A stretch of 64,000 nucleotides of DNA from an uncultured delta proteobacterium (lineage in GTDB: Bacteria > Myxococcota_A > UBA9160 > UBA4427): contig CAWGJT010000006.1 of the NCBI GenBank assembly GCA_963822965.1, positions 384,001 to 448,000 of the forward strand, in the 5' to 3' direction. Every line of letters starts with the position of its first letter. The stretch's first letter is position 1. Below are positions 37,914-46,906 of this stretch, piece by piece. The notes below the pieces were generated by a model. That model saw only the letters and a list, made by a program, of their open reading frames with translations, searched no databases and was not told the origin of the DNA. The position numbers and the translations under genes are program-made.

Positions 37914-39320
37914 ATGCACCCGAACCACACGCAGGGGGTGGGCGACCGCGGCGGCCCGCTCCGCGCGGCCGCTTCGATTCCCGTTCAGGCCGCCGGCGAA
38001 GGCCCTCCCGCCTACGCGGCGGCGCTGCTCGCGTCCCTGGGGCTCGAGGTGCCCTGCTTCGCCCCGGGCAGCGGAGATCCCGCGGAGGCCTGGGCGCGCT
38101 CGGGGGCCATGGCGCTCACCGGAGAGCCCGACGGACCCGCACTGCCGGCGCCCGCGCCGGTGGCGGCCTGCGCGGCCGGGGCTGGCGAGGCGCTGCGGGC
38201 CGTGGCCCGGGCCGCCGGCCTGCGCGACCCCGGCCTGCTCGACGGCGCCGCCCTGCTCGCGGAGCGCGCGGCTCTGTTGGACCCGCCCCGGGGACGCTCC
38301 GGACGCCGCTCCGTCGGCGGCAGCTGCCGCATGCTGCCCTGCGCGGACGGCTGGCTCGCGCTCAACCTGGCGCGCCCGGACGACGCCGCGCTGCTGCCCG
38401 CCTGGCTCGAAGGGACTCCCGACGGCCGGCGCGACGTCTGGTCGCTCGCCGCCGAGGGCGTCCGCACGCGCGAGCGGGCGGCGCTCGTGGAGCGCGGCCG
38501 CCTGCTGGGCCTGGCGCTCGCGCCCGTGGCGACGGAGGCCCCCGCCGATGCCGGCGACGGCTGGCTCCGCACCACCGCCGGGGGCCCGCGCCGGCACGGC
38601 CCCCGTCGCGACCGGGCTCCCCTGGTGGTGGATCTCTCCTCGCTGTGGGCCGGCCCGCTCTGCGGGCAGCTCCTGGCGGCCTGCGGCGCACGGGTCGTGA
38701 AGGTGGAGAGCCTCGCGCGACCCGACGGGGCGCGGCGCGGCCCGCGCGCCTTCTTCGACCTGATGAACGGGCAGAAGGAGAGTGTCGCCCTGCCCTTCCA
38801 CGAGCCTGCCGGGCGGCGCGCCCTGGCGGCGCTCCTCGCCCGGGCCGACATCGTGATCGAGGCGAGCCGTCCCCGGGCCCTCGAGCAGCTCGACATCGAC
38901 GCCGCCGGGCTCGTCGCGTCCCACGGCGTCACCTGGATCGGCATCAGCGGCTACGGACGCGCGGCGCCCCAGGCCGGCTGGGTGGCCTTCGGCGACGACG
39001 CCGCGGCGGGCGCCGGGCTCGTGGCGACGGCGCCGGATGGCAGGCCGTGCTTCTGCGCGGACGCGGTCGCGGATCCCCTGACGGGCCTCCACGCCGCCCT
39101 GGCCGGGCTCGCGGCCTGGTCGCGCGGCGGGGCCCGGCTGCTGGACGTGTCGCTGCACGGCGTCGCCGGCTTCGTGCGGGCCTGGCCGGGGACTCCCGAG
39201 GGCGTCGCCGTCTCCCAGGCGGAGGTCGCGCCGCCGCGCGCGCGGGTCGTCCGAGACCGCGCGCCTTCCCTGGGCCGCGACACCGCGAGGGCTCTCGCGG
39301 AGCTGGGCATCCGTTGCTGA
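37914..39320 (+). CDS. Family III CoA-transferase-like protein (divergent N-terminal half)
   Basis: VVDLSSLWAGPLC, GARVVKVES..RPDGAR, ADIVIEASRPRAL, FGDDAA, DAVADPLTG; start uncertain. Confidence 0.85.
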   Translation: MHPNHTQGVGDRGGPLRAAASIPVQAAGEGPPAYAAALLASLGLEVPCFAPGSGDPAEAWARSGAMALTGEPDGPALPAPAPVAACAAGAGEALRAVARAAGLRDPGLLDGAALLAERAALLDPPRGRSGRRSVGGSCRMLPCADGWLALNLARPDDAALLPAWLEGTPDGRRDVWSLAAEGVRTRERAALVERGRLLGLALAPVATEAPADAGDGWLRTTAGGPRRHGPRRDRAPLVVDLSSLWAGPLCGQLLAACGARVVKVESLARPDGARRGPRAFFDLMNGQKESVALPFHEPAGRRALAALLARADIVIEASRPRALEQLDIDAAGLVASHGVTWIGISGYGRAAPQAGWVAFGDDAAAGAGLVATAPDGRPCFCADAVADPLTGLHAALAGLAAWSRGGARLLDVSLHGVAGFVRAWPGTPEGVAVSQAEVAPPRARVVRDRAPSLGRDTARALAELGIRC

Positions 39321-40780
39321 TCCGGAACGCCGAGATCCCGCAGCCCGGCGCCGCCGCCTGCCCGACGCGTGGCGACGTCCGGATCGCGGACGGCCGCATC
39401 ACGGCCATCGACGTCGGCCTGCCGGGCCGCGGCGACGAGCCCGTGATCGACGCCGCGGGCGGAGCCCTGCTGCCGGGCCTCCACGATCACCACCTGCATC
39501 TCTTCGCGCTCGCGGCCGCCGCGAGCTCCCTGCGCTGCGGCCCGCCGGAGGTCGCCGGGGAGGCGATGCTCGGGGCCGTCCTGCGGTGCACCGCCGACCG
39601 CCACCTCGCCGACGGCGCCGGCGACGCCTGGATCCGCGGAGTCGGCTACCACGAGTCCGTCGCCGGGGCGCTCGACGCATCCCGCCTCGACGCCCTCGAG
39701 CGGCGCGTGCCGATCCGCATCCAGCACCGGAGCGGCGCCTGCTGGATCGTGAACGGCCCCGGGCTCGCACGGCTGGGCCTCGGGGGCCCCCTCGCGCCGG
39801 AGGTGCCGGCGGGCGTCGAGCGGGATGCGGGAGGCCGCGCCACCGGGCGCCTGTTCCGGATGGACGCCTGGCTGCGCGAACGACTGGGCGCACCCGCCGC
39901 TCCTCCGCGCCTGGACGCCGTGGGCAAGCGCCTGGCGCGCTTCGGCGTGTGCGGCGTGACCGACGCCTCGCCGGGCAACGGGCCCTCCGAGCTGGCCGCC
40001 CTGGGCGCCGCCCACGCCCGGGGCGCCCTCCCCCAGCAGGTGTGGCTGATGGGCAGCCGCGCTCTGCCGGAGCCATGTGCGGCGGGCGTGTTCCGGGGTG
40101 CCTGGAAGGTGATCCTCGACGAGGCGCGCCTGCCGGAGCTCGCAGTCCTCGAGACGGGCATCGCCGAGGCCCACGTCGACGGACGCCGGGTGGCCGTCCA
40201 CTGCGTGACCCGCACCGAGCTGGTGTTCGCCATCGCCGCCTTCCGTGCCGCGGGCAGCCTGCCGGGCGACCGCATCGAGCACGCGGCCGTGGCGCCGCCG
40301 GAGCTGCTCGAGTCCGTCGCGGCCCTGGGGCTCTGCGTCGTCACCCAGCCGGGCTTCGTTCGCGAGCGCGGGGACGCCTACCTGCGGGACGTGGCGCCGC
40401 GCGACCGGCCCTGGCTCTATCGCGGCCGGGGACTGCTGGCGGCGGGTATCCGCCTCGGTGGCGGAACCGACGCCCCGTTCGGCGATGCCGATCCCTGGCT
40501 CGCCATGCAGGCCGCCGTCGATCGGCGCACCACCGGGGGAGCGGTGCTGGCCGCCGACGAAGGACTCTCGCCCGATCGTGCGCTCGCGCTCTTCACCACC
40601 CCGGCCGGCGATCCGGGTGGAGCGCCCCGTCGCGTCACCGTCGGCGGGCCCGCCGACCTGTGCCTGCTGGACCGTCCCTGGCGGCAGGCTCGCGACGTCC
40701 TCTCGAGCGAGCTCGTCGCCGCGAGCGTGAGCGGGGGACGGCTCGTCTGGTCTCGCGCGCAGGGGGAACGTCCCGCGTGA
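39314..40780 (+). CDS. Amidohydrolase family 3 protein
   Basis: TTG start overlapping the upstream stop; LLPGLHDHHLHL, VAVHCVT, DRIEHA, GTDAPFG. Confidence 0.88.
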   Translation: MLIRNAEIPQPGAAACPTRGDVRIADGRITAIDVGLPGRGDEPVIDAAGGALLPGLHDHHLHLFALAAAASSLRCGPPEVAGEAMLGAVLRCTADRHLADGAGDAWIRGVGYHESVAGALDASRLDALERRVPIRIQHRSGACWIVNGPGLARLGLGGPLAPEVPAGVERDAGGRATGRLFRMDAWLRERLGAPAAPPRLDAVGKRLARFGVCGVTDASPGNGPSELAALGAAHARGALPQQVWLMGSRALPEPCAAGVFRGAWKVILDEARLPELAVLETGIAEAHVDGRRVAVHCVTRTELVFAIAAFRAAGSLPGDRIEHAAVAPPELLESVAALGLCVVTQPGFVRERGDAYLRDVAPRDRPWLYRGRGLLAAGIRLGGGTDAPFGDADPWLAMQAAVDRRTTGGAVLAADEGLSPDRALALFTTPAGDPGGAPRRVTVGGPADLCLLDRPWRQARDVLSSELVAASVSGGRLVWSRAQGERPA

Positions 40781-40820
40781 CGGGACCACCGGGCCGGACA
40801 TCGCGTCGGCCGGGGCGCGT

Positions 40821-41651
40821 TCAGGAGCCCGTGGACGTGTAGCGCCGCACCCCGAGGCTCCAGAGCTGGAAGCACACGAGCAGGAAGGCGAAGCCGGCCG
40901 CGGGCGTCAGGCACTGCAGCCACCGGGGCGAGCCCAGGGGGTCGCTGCGCCCGAGCACCGCCACCAGCGGGAAGTAGCAGACGCAGGCCAGGGGCACGAC
41001 GAACGTGAAGAAGCGCCGGAACCAGGCGCCGTAGATCACCAGCGGATACTGGGCGCTCTCGACGCCCCCGTACGTCAGGGTGTTCATCAGCTCGAGGCTC
41101 TCGGTGGTCCAGAAGCAGAGGGTCGCCTGCAGGACGAAGAGCCCGAAGAAGAGACACACGCCGCCCGCCAGCGCGAAGAGCAGCAACGCCACGCGCGCCG
41201 GCCCCCAGGCCACGTCGAGCACCCACGACGCCCACAGCAGCACGAAGAGCCCCTGGGCGAGACGCCCGACGCGGCGCAGCGCCAGCTCGGCTCCCGCCAG
41301 CTGCAGGATCGTGCTGCGCGGCCGCAGCAGGATGCGATCGAAGTCGCCGTTCTTCACGTAGAGCTGGAAGTCGTGGAAGCCCGCAGAGAGGCCGTCGGCC
41401 ACCGCCATCGAGACGTTCACGGTGCCGTAGAAGAGCGCGACCTCGGCGAGCGTCCAGTCGCCCAGACGTCCGAAGCGGTCGAAGAGCGCCCACACCCCGA
41501 GGAACTCGATCGCCGTGATGCCCAGCTGGCCGATCCCCTGCAGCACGAAGGAGGCCCGGTACTGCATCTGGGAACGCACCGACACCGCCAGGTAGCGGAC
41601 GTAGAGCGCCGCGGCATCGAGCAGGGAGGACGGCGACGAGCCGGCGCTCAC
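40821..41651 (-). CDS. ABC-2 family permease (DUF990 type)
   Basis: SQMQYRASF, GDFDRILLRP, QYPLVIY, FTFVVPLA, RRYTSTGS. Confidence 0.92.
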   Translation of the reverse strand: MSAGSSPSSLLDAAALYVRYLAVSVRSQMQYRASFVLQGIGQLGITAIEFLGVWALFDRFGRLGDWTLAEVALFYGTVNVSMAVADGLSAGFHDFQLYVKNGDFDRILLRPRSTILQLAGAELALRRVGRLAQGLFVLLWASWVLDVAWGPARVALLLFALAGGVCLFFGLFVLQATLCFWTTESLELMNTLTYGGVESAQYPLVIYGAWFRRFFTFVVPLACVCYFPLVAVLGRSDPLGSPRWLQCLTPAAGFAFLLVCFQLWSLGVRRYTSTGS

Positions 41652-41652
41652 C

Positions 41653-42498
41653 TCAGCCTCCCTGCACGACCAGCATCCGCTGGCCCCGCGCCAGCAGGAC
41701 CCGGCCGGCGGCCACGAACACGAGCACCCAGGCCATGCCCAGCGCCAGGGGCAGCCCGGCCTCGCCGGCGGGAATGTCCCCGCTGTAGATGCGGAACGGC
41801 ACGTCCACGAGGGCGCGGAACGGCAGCAGCTCGAGGACGGGGCGGGCCCAGTCGGGGAAGAGCGGCAGCGGAATCACCATGCCCGAGAAGACCGTGACCA
41901 GGGTGGGCATGATCCGCGCCATGCCGTCTCCCGAGATCGTCCACAGCAGGGATACGTGGACCAGCATCGTGATCGCACAGCCGAGCGCGATGGCCACCGA
42001 CATCGCCAGCACGAAGAGGGCCGCGGCCAGCGGGGACGCGGGCGGCGCGAGCCGCCAGGCCTCGAGACCGAGAAGGGGCATCGCGACGCCCGCCAGCACC
42101 ACGATGGGCAGCGCGCGCAGGGACGTCGCGGCCACCCGCATGGCCAGCGTGCGCATGGCCCAGAAGGTGTAGAGGTCCAGGGGCCGCAGCAGCTCGAACG
42201 CCACGCCGCCGTCGCGGATCTGCCGCTCGAGATCCGCGTCGTGATTCCACGGCAGGAGCGCCAGCAGGGCCTGGCCGAGCCACACGTAGGTAACCACGTC
42301 CGGGAAGGCCATGGGCGCTTCGGTGCCGCTCGAACGGTAGAAGGCCAGCAGGATCATGATCCGGACGAAGCCCCAGAACACCTGGGTGACGGCCCCGGCG
42401 AGGGCTGCCGCGCGGTACTGCAGCAGCATGCGGTAGCGCGCGCTGAGCAGGGCCGCGTACGGCCTCGCGGAGCGATCGCGGCGGACGCCGGCGCTCAT
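41653..42498 (-). CDS. ABC-2 family permease
   Basis: LQYRAAALAG, YVWLGQ, IRDGGVAFELLRP, FSGMVIPLPLFP, VVQGG. Confidence 0.92.
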   Translation of the reverse strand: MSAGVRRDRSARPYAALLSARYRMLLQYRAAALAGAVTQVFWGFVRIMILLAFYRSSGTEAPMAFPDVVTYVWLGQALLALLPWNHDADLERQIRDGGVAFELLRPLDLYTFWAMRTLAMRVAATSLRALPIVVLAGVAMPLLGLEAWRLAPPASPLAAALFVLAMSVAIALGCAITMLVHVSLLWTISGDGMARIMPTLVTVFSGMVIPLPLFPDWARPVLELLPFRALVDVPFRIYSGDIPAGEAGLPLALGMAWVLVFVAAGRVLLARGQRMLVVQGG

Positions 42499-43487
42499 CG
42501 ACCGGCCCCGGGCTCCGCGTCGTACAACCTCGCGATCACCTCTTCGATGGGCGGGTTCTCCACGAAGAGATCGTGCACCGCGTGGCGGGCGGTGAGACGC
42601 GAGATGAGCGCGGTGGCGGAGATCCGCGCCGGATCGAAGGCGAGCTGCACGCGGGCACCGTCCCGGCCGATCAGACGCACGTCCGGGTCGGCGACCGGCT
42701 CCGCCTCGTCGACGAGATCCAGGGTGAGCCGGCGCTCGCCCAGCACCCGTCCGCGCAGGTCGGCCAGGGGGCCGTCCACCAGGATGCGCCCGGCCCCGAT
42801 CACGATCACCCGACGGCAGAGCGCCTCGATGTCGTCCATGTCGTGGGTCGTGAGAATGACCGTGACGCCCCGCTCCACGTTCAGACGGCGCACGAAGTCG
42901 CGCACCGCGAGCTTGGCGCCGGCGTCCAGACCGATCGTCGGCTCGTCGAGGAAGAGGAGCGGCGGCGCGTGCAGCAGGGCCGCCGCCACGTCGCAGCGCA
43001 TCCGCTGTCCCAGGGAGAGCTGACGCACGGGGGTGTCGAGCAGGGGCTCGAGGTCGAGCATCGCCACCAGCTCGTCCCGCGACCGCGCGTGGTCTTCCCG
43101 GGGAACCCGGTACACGTGCCGCAGCAGCTCGAAGGACTCGACCACCGGCAGGTCCCACCAGAGCTGGGTGCGCTGGCCGAAGACCACCCCGATGCGCCCG
43201 ACGTAGGCGGCGCGTTGGCGCCAGGGCACGTAGCCCAGCACCTCGCAACGCCCGGCGTCCGGCACCAGGATGCCCGACAGGATCTTGATGGTGGTGGACT
43301 TGCCGGCGCCGTTCGGGCCCACGTAGCCGACGAGCTCGCCCGGCTCGATGGAGAACCCGACGCCCAGGAGCGCCTCCACCCGGCGCACCTCCCGGCGCAC
43401 CACGCCGCGCACGGCGCCCCAGAGCCCCGGCCGGCGCGCGGCCACCTCGAAGTGCTTGACCAGGTCCTCGACGACGATCTGCGACAC
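42495..43487 (-). CDS. ABC transporter ATP-binding protein
   Basis: GPNGAGKST, VVFGQRTQLWWDLP, LSLGQRMR, FLDEPTIGLD, LTTHDM. Confidence 0.96.
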   Translation of the reverse strand: MSQIVVEDLVKHFEVAARRPGLWGAVRGVVRREVRRVEALLGVGFSIEPGELVGYVGPNGAGKSTTIKILSGILVPDAGRCEVLGYVPWRQRAAYVGRIGVVFGQRTQLWWDLPVVESFELLRHVYRVPREDHARSRDELVAMLDLEPLLDTPVRQLSLGQRMRCDVAAALLHAPPLLFLDEPTIGLDAGAKLAVRDFVRRLNVERGVTVILTTHDMDDIEALCRRVIVIGAGRILVDGPLADLRGRVLGERRLTLDLVDEAEPVADPDVRLIGRDGARVQLAFDPARISATALISRLTARHAVHDLFVENPPIEEVIARLYDAEPGAGR

Positions 43488-43532
43488 GCTTCCCGCCTCC
43501 CGGAACCCGGGCGCCGAACGAGGGCCCAAGCA

Positions 43533-43577
43533 CGAAAAGGCCGCCGAGCCCGACCCGGGAGGGGTCCTGCTCGCGGC
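43533..43577 (-). terminator. Terminator-like hairpin between the two ABC operons
   Basis: Minus strand GCCGCGAGC-ag-GACCC-loop-GGGTC-gg-GCTCGGCGGC followed by CTTTTCG. Confidence 0.5.
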
Positions 43578-43700
43578 ACCACGATCGAATGCGGCCTGCT
43601 CGCGCCTTGCGGGCGCGGTCGCCCCGGGGCCGATCTCGGCCCCGGGGCGGCGGCGGAGGCTACCCCACCCGCGGCCCGGCCCGCGAGGCGGGCTCGGCGC

Positions 43701-44513
43701 TCACCCGCGCACGCCGAAGCGATTGCCGCTCTCGTATCGGCGCAGCCCGGCCGCGAAGACCCAGGCAGCCAGCCCCGCGTAGAAGGCCGCGCCCGCGACC
43801 GCCGCCAGGAGCCCCGTCCAGCGGAAGTCGCGCACCAGCTCGACGGGCAGGTACCCGATGAAGCCCGCCGGCACGACCGTGAAGAGCAGCAGCTTCAGGG
43901 CGCCGCCGAAGAGCACCTGGGGATAGGTGGCGAACGTCACCAGGAAGTCCCACATCTGGCGGGCCAGCGACTCGATCCGTCCCAGCCAGAAGGCCAGGCT
44001 GTGCACGAGGATGCCCGAGGCCACGAACACCACGGTCGTGCACAGCAGCGCCGCCCCCAGCGCGGGCAACCGGGACCAGTCCACGAGGCCGGACAGCAGC
44101 AGGAAGCCCAGCCCGCTGAACATGTCCCCCCAGCCCGAGGCGACGGTTGCCGAGCCCACCACGTGCAGGAGCGGGTTCCTGGGCTGGGTCAGGAAGGCGT
44201 CCAGGTCTCCATCGGCGATCGTGCGCGACAGGTCGCGGATGCCGCCGGCGAAGACCACCGTCGCCCCGTGACCCGCAGCCACGAGGCCGAAGAGCGCAGC
44301 CACGTCCGCCAGCCCCCAGCCGCGGATCTGCTGGAAGCGCTCGAAGAAGATCCACCAGAAGACGAAGTAGAGGACGTTGTTGGCGAGCATGAAGAAGGCC
44401 TGCATCCAGAAGGCGCCGCGCAGCGCGAACGAGGACTTGAGGTTCATCGCCACCATCGCCCCCGCGAAGCGCAGGGCGGAGACCCAGCGTCTGGTTCCCG
44501 TGTTGCCGTCCAT
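43701..44513 (-). CDS. ABC-2 family permease (DUF990 type)
   Basis: GDLDAFLTQP, FATYP, LFTVVPAGFIGYLP, LRRYESGN. Confidence 0.92.
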   Translation of the reverse strand: MDGNTGTRRWVSALRFAGAMVAMNLKSSFALRGAFWMQAFFMLANNVLYFVFWWIFFERFQQIRGWGLADVAALFGLVAAGHGATVVFAGGIRDLSRTIADGDLDAFLTQPRNPLLHVVGSATVASGWGDMFSGLGFLLLSGLVDWSRLPALGAALLCTTVVFVASGILVHSLAFWLGRIESLARQMWDFLVTFATYPQVLFGGALKLLLFTVVPAGFIGYLPVELVRDFRWTGLLAAVAGAAFYAGLAAWVFAAGLRRYESGNRFGVRG

Positions 44514-44530
44514 TCGAACCTCCTTCTGCG

Positions 44531-44645
44531 CCTTCCGGGCTTCGGCCGCCGTTCCTCCCGGGCTTCGGCCGCCGTTCCTTCCGGGATTCAGCCGCCGTTC
44601 CTTCCGGGATTCAGCCGCCGTTCCTTCCGGGATTCAGCCGCCGTT
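44531..44645. repeat. Tandem repeat, 5 x 23 bp
   Basis: Unit CCTTCCGGGATTCAGCCGCCGTT: three exact copies plus two diverged copies; the rightmost copy contains the stop codon of the minus-strand permease. Confidence 0.95.
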
Positions 44646-45467
44646 GATGTCGAGCGCTCGCAGCGCGCGGCGCTCGACGGCCACGACGAGCGCCGTCGCG
44701 ACGGCGGCCCAGAAGACGAGCTTCAAGGCCACCAGCCCGGCGAGCTCCGGCTGCCAGCCGAACGCCATGCGCCCGGGCCCGTGCATCAGTGCGGAGAACG
44801 GCGTCCAGAGCGCGATCTCGCGCAGCCAGGCGGGATAGACCTCGAGGGGCAGCATGAGTCCGCCCAGCACGAACGCGCACTTCTGCCAGATCCAGTAGAC
44901 GGGGGAGCAGTCCTGCAGCCACACCGCACAGAGGCCGATGGTCGCGTGGAAGCAGAGCGCCACCCAGCCGGCCAGCAGCCCCAGCGGCAGGGCGAGCAGG
45001 AGCCCCCACGGATCGTCGGGCGGTCCGTCGGCCATCCAGAACGCGAGCCCGCAGCCGAAGACCGCCAGGGTCGCGGACCGGACCAGGAAGTCGCCCGCGG
45101 ACTCCGCGAGCCGGGCGCCCAGGTAGGAGATCGGGCGCGGCAGCCGGTAGGCGATGTCGCCGCGCCGCACGTCGGCCTCGAGGGCCAGGTGGACGAGGGG
45201 CAGGGACAGGATCACCCATTCGGTCACCGCCAGGTACCAGACCAGCTCCCGGGCCGAGGCGCCCGCGACCGCGCCCCGCTCCGCCACCACCCGCCACAGG
45301 CGCGAGAAGATGCACAGGATCACGGCGTAGAACCCCAGCCGACCGAGCAGGGCGGCGCGGTCCGAGAGCGACTGCCGGATCGCGATGCGCACCACCGAGG
45401 CGTACTTGCCCGCCCGCGACCGGGACCGCGCCCGCCGCGGGGCTCGCATGTCGAGTGCCGTCGTCAC
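44634..45467 (-). CDS. ABC-2 family permease
   Basis: WYLAVTEW, DVRRGDIAYRLPRP, FVLGGLMLPLEVYP, DINGG; GTGA overlap with the ATPase. Confidence 0.92.
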   Translation of the reverse strand: MTTALDMRAPRRARSRSRAGKYASVVRIAIRQSLSDRAALLGRLGFYAVILCIFSRLWRVVAERGAVAGASARELVWYLAVTEWVILSLPLVHLALEADVRRGDIAYRLPRPISYLGARLAESAGDFLVRSATLAVFGCGLAFWMADGPPDDPWGLLLALPLGLLAGWVALCFHATIGLCAVWLQDCSPVYWIWQKCAFVLGGLMLPLEVYPAWLREIALWTPFSALMHGPGRMAFGWQPELAGLVALKLVFWAAVATALVVAVERRALRALDINGG

Positions 45468-46489
45468 CGGTCGACCTCCCAGCCCGCGGACGCCGCGGGC
45501 GCATCGGCCGCGGCACGGGCGTAGATGGCCTGGACGATCTCCTCCATCGGGGGATCTTCGATCGACAGGTCGGTCAGGCTCGTCTGCGCGAGCAGCGCCT
45601 GCACGACCCGCTCTACGGACACCGCCGTCAGGTCGACGTCGAGCTCCGTGCAGTGGGGACGCCTCCGGGTCACCCGAACGCCCGGCAGCGCCACGTCCAC
45701 CCGCTCCGCCGCGCTGCGGAGCGTGATCCGCTTGCGGGCGATGAAGCTCCCTCGCAGGCTGGCCGTCGACCGGTCGAGCAGCAGCCGTCCCCGGTGGATC
45801 ACGATCACGCGTTCGCACACCCGTTCCATGTCGCCGGTATCGTGGGAGGTGAACAGAAGCGTTCGTCCGTCCCGCTCGCTCTGCTCGCGGATCAGGTCCC
45901 GGATCACGGCCTTGGCGGTCACGTCGAGGCCGATCGTGGGCTCGTCGAGGAAGAGGATCTCCGGGGCGTGGAGCAGGCTCGCCACCACCTCGCAGCGCAT
46001 CCGCTCGCCCAGGGAGAGCTGGCGGACGGGCTTCGCGAGCAGGTCGCCGATTCCGAAGCGCTCGACCAGCGCCGTCTGGCGCTGGCGATGCACGGCGGGG
46101 TCCTGCTCGTACACCCGGCCCAGCAGCTCGAAAGTGTCGACCGGAGGCAGGTGGTACCAGAGCTGGCTGCGCTGTCCGAAGACCGTACCGATGCGGAACC
46201 CGAGGGCGCGCCGCTCCCGCCACGGCTCGTGGCCGAGCACCCGCACCCGACCCCGGTCGGGGTGCAGGATCCCGGAGAGGATCTTCACGGTGGTGGACTT
46301 GCCGGCGCCGTTGGGCCCCACGAAGGCCACCCGCTCGCCGGCCTCCAGCTGGAACGAGAGGCCCTCGACCGCCGGCTGCGAGCGGACGGACGGGCGGAAG
46401 AGGCCGCGCGTCGCACCCCGGAGACCGGGCTGGTGCTCGCGAACGCGAAAGCTCTTGTGCAGCTCCTCGACGTCGATGGCGACGTGCAT
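45464..46489 (-). CDS. ABC transporter ATP-binding protein
   Basis: GPNGAGKST, VFGQRSQLWYHLP, LSLGERMR, FLDEPTIGLD. Confidence 0.96.
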   Translation of the reverse strand: MHVAIDVEELHKSFRVREHQPGLRGATRGLFRPSVRSQPAVEGLSFQLEAGERVAFVGPNGAGKSTTVKILSGILHPDRGRVRVLGHEPWRERRALGFRIGTVFGQRSQLWYHLPPVDTFELLGRVYEQDPAVHRQRQTALVERFGIGDLLAKPVRQLSLGERMRCEVVASLLHAPEILFLDEPTIGLDVTAKAVIRDLIREQSERDGRTLLFTSHDTGDMERVCERVIVIHRGRLLLDRSTASLRGSFIARKRITLRSAAERVDVALPGVRVTRRRPHCTELDVDLTAVSVERVVQALLAQTSLTDLSIEDPPMEEIVQAIYARAAADAPAASAGWEVDR

Positions 46490-46535
46490 GACCCCTTCTC
46501 CTCTGGCCGCGATCGGGCTCCCGGGCGGGCCTGGA

Positions 46536-46578
46536 ATCGAAAAGGCCCTTCCGGCGGAGCCGGAAGGGCCTTTTCGAT
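46536..46578 (-). terminator. Intrinsic terminator/attenuator in the 5' leader of the ABC operon
   Basis: Perfect 20-bp inverted repeat ATCGAAAAGGCCCTTCCGGC-3nt-GCCGGAAGGGCCTTTTCGAT, ending 46 nt before the ATPase ATG. Confidence 0.8.
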
Positions 46579-46597
46579 CGCTCGAATCTGCTCCCGG

Positions 46598-46765
46598 CTA
46601 CAAGACGAGCTCCATCGCGAGCTGCACGCAGCAGCCGACGATCGCGCCATTCGCGATCGGGTCGCCGGACGCCCCACCCGCGACGGGCGGGAGGTACGTG
46701 CCGGGCTCGAAGCCCCGGATGCAGGAGAGCGGACATGACGCGCAGCATTTCCCGCGCATCGTCAT
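46598..46765 (-). CDS. Candidate leader peptide (up to 55 aa; not in the ORF track)
   Basis: MTMRGKCCASCPLSCIRGFEPGTYLPPVAGGASGDPIANGAIVGCCVQLAMELVL*; 39 of the last 41 sense codons end in G/C; stop lies just before the hairpin; start uncertain. Confidence 0.5.
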   Translation of the reverse strand: MTMRGKCCASCPLSCIRGFEPGTYLPPVAGGASGDPIANGAIVGCCVQLAMELVL

Positions 46766-46772
46766 TTGTCAA
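46744..46772 (-). promoter_or_regulatory. Sigma70-type promoter for the ABC leader
   Basis: TTGACA (46772-67)-N17-AATGCT (46749-44). Confidence 0.65.
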
Positions 46773-46906
46773 GCGAAGCTGAAGTGGGCGGCGACGAGCG
46801 AGCGCCCGAGCCCTTCCGGAGGGCCCGGACGCTTGAATGAACGCAAGCGAAGTGCCACGATCGCGCTCCGTCCTCCTCCCCCACCGACCGGACGCACCTG
46901 TCATCG

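Noticed and set aside
44531..44645. Possible CRISPR array
   Set aside because: Repeats are head-to-tail with no spacers, and there are no cas genes in the window
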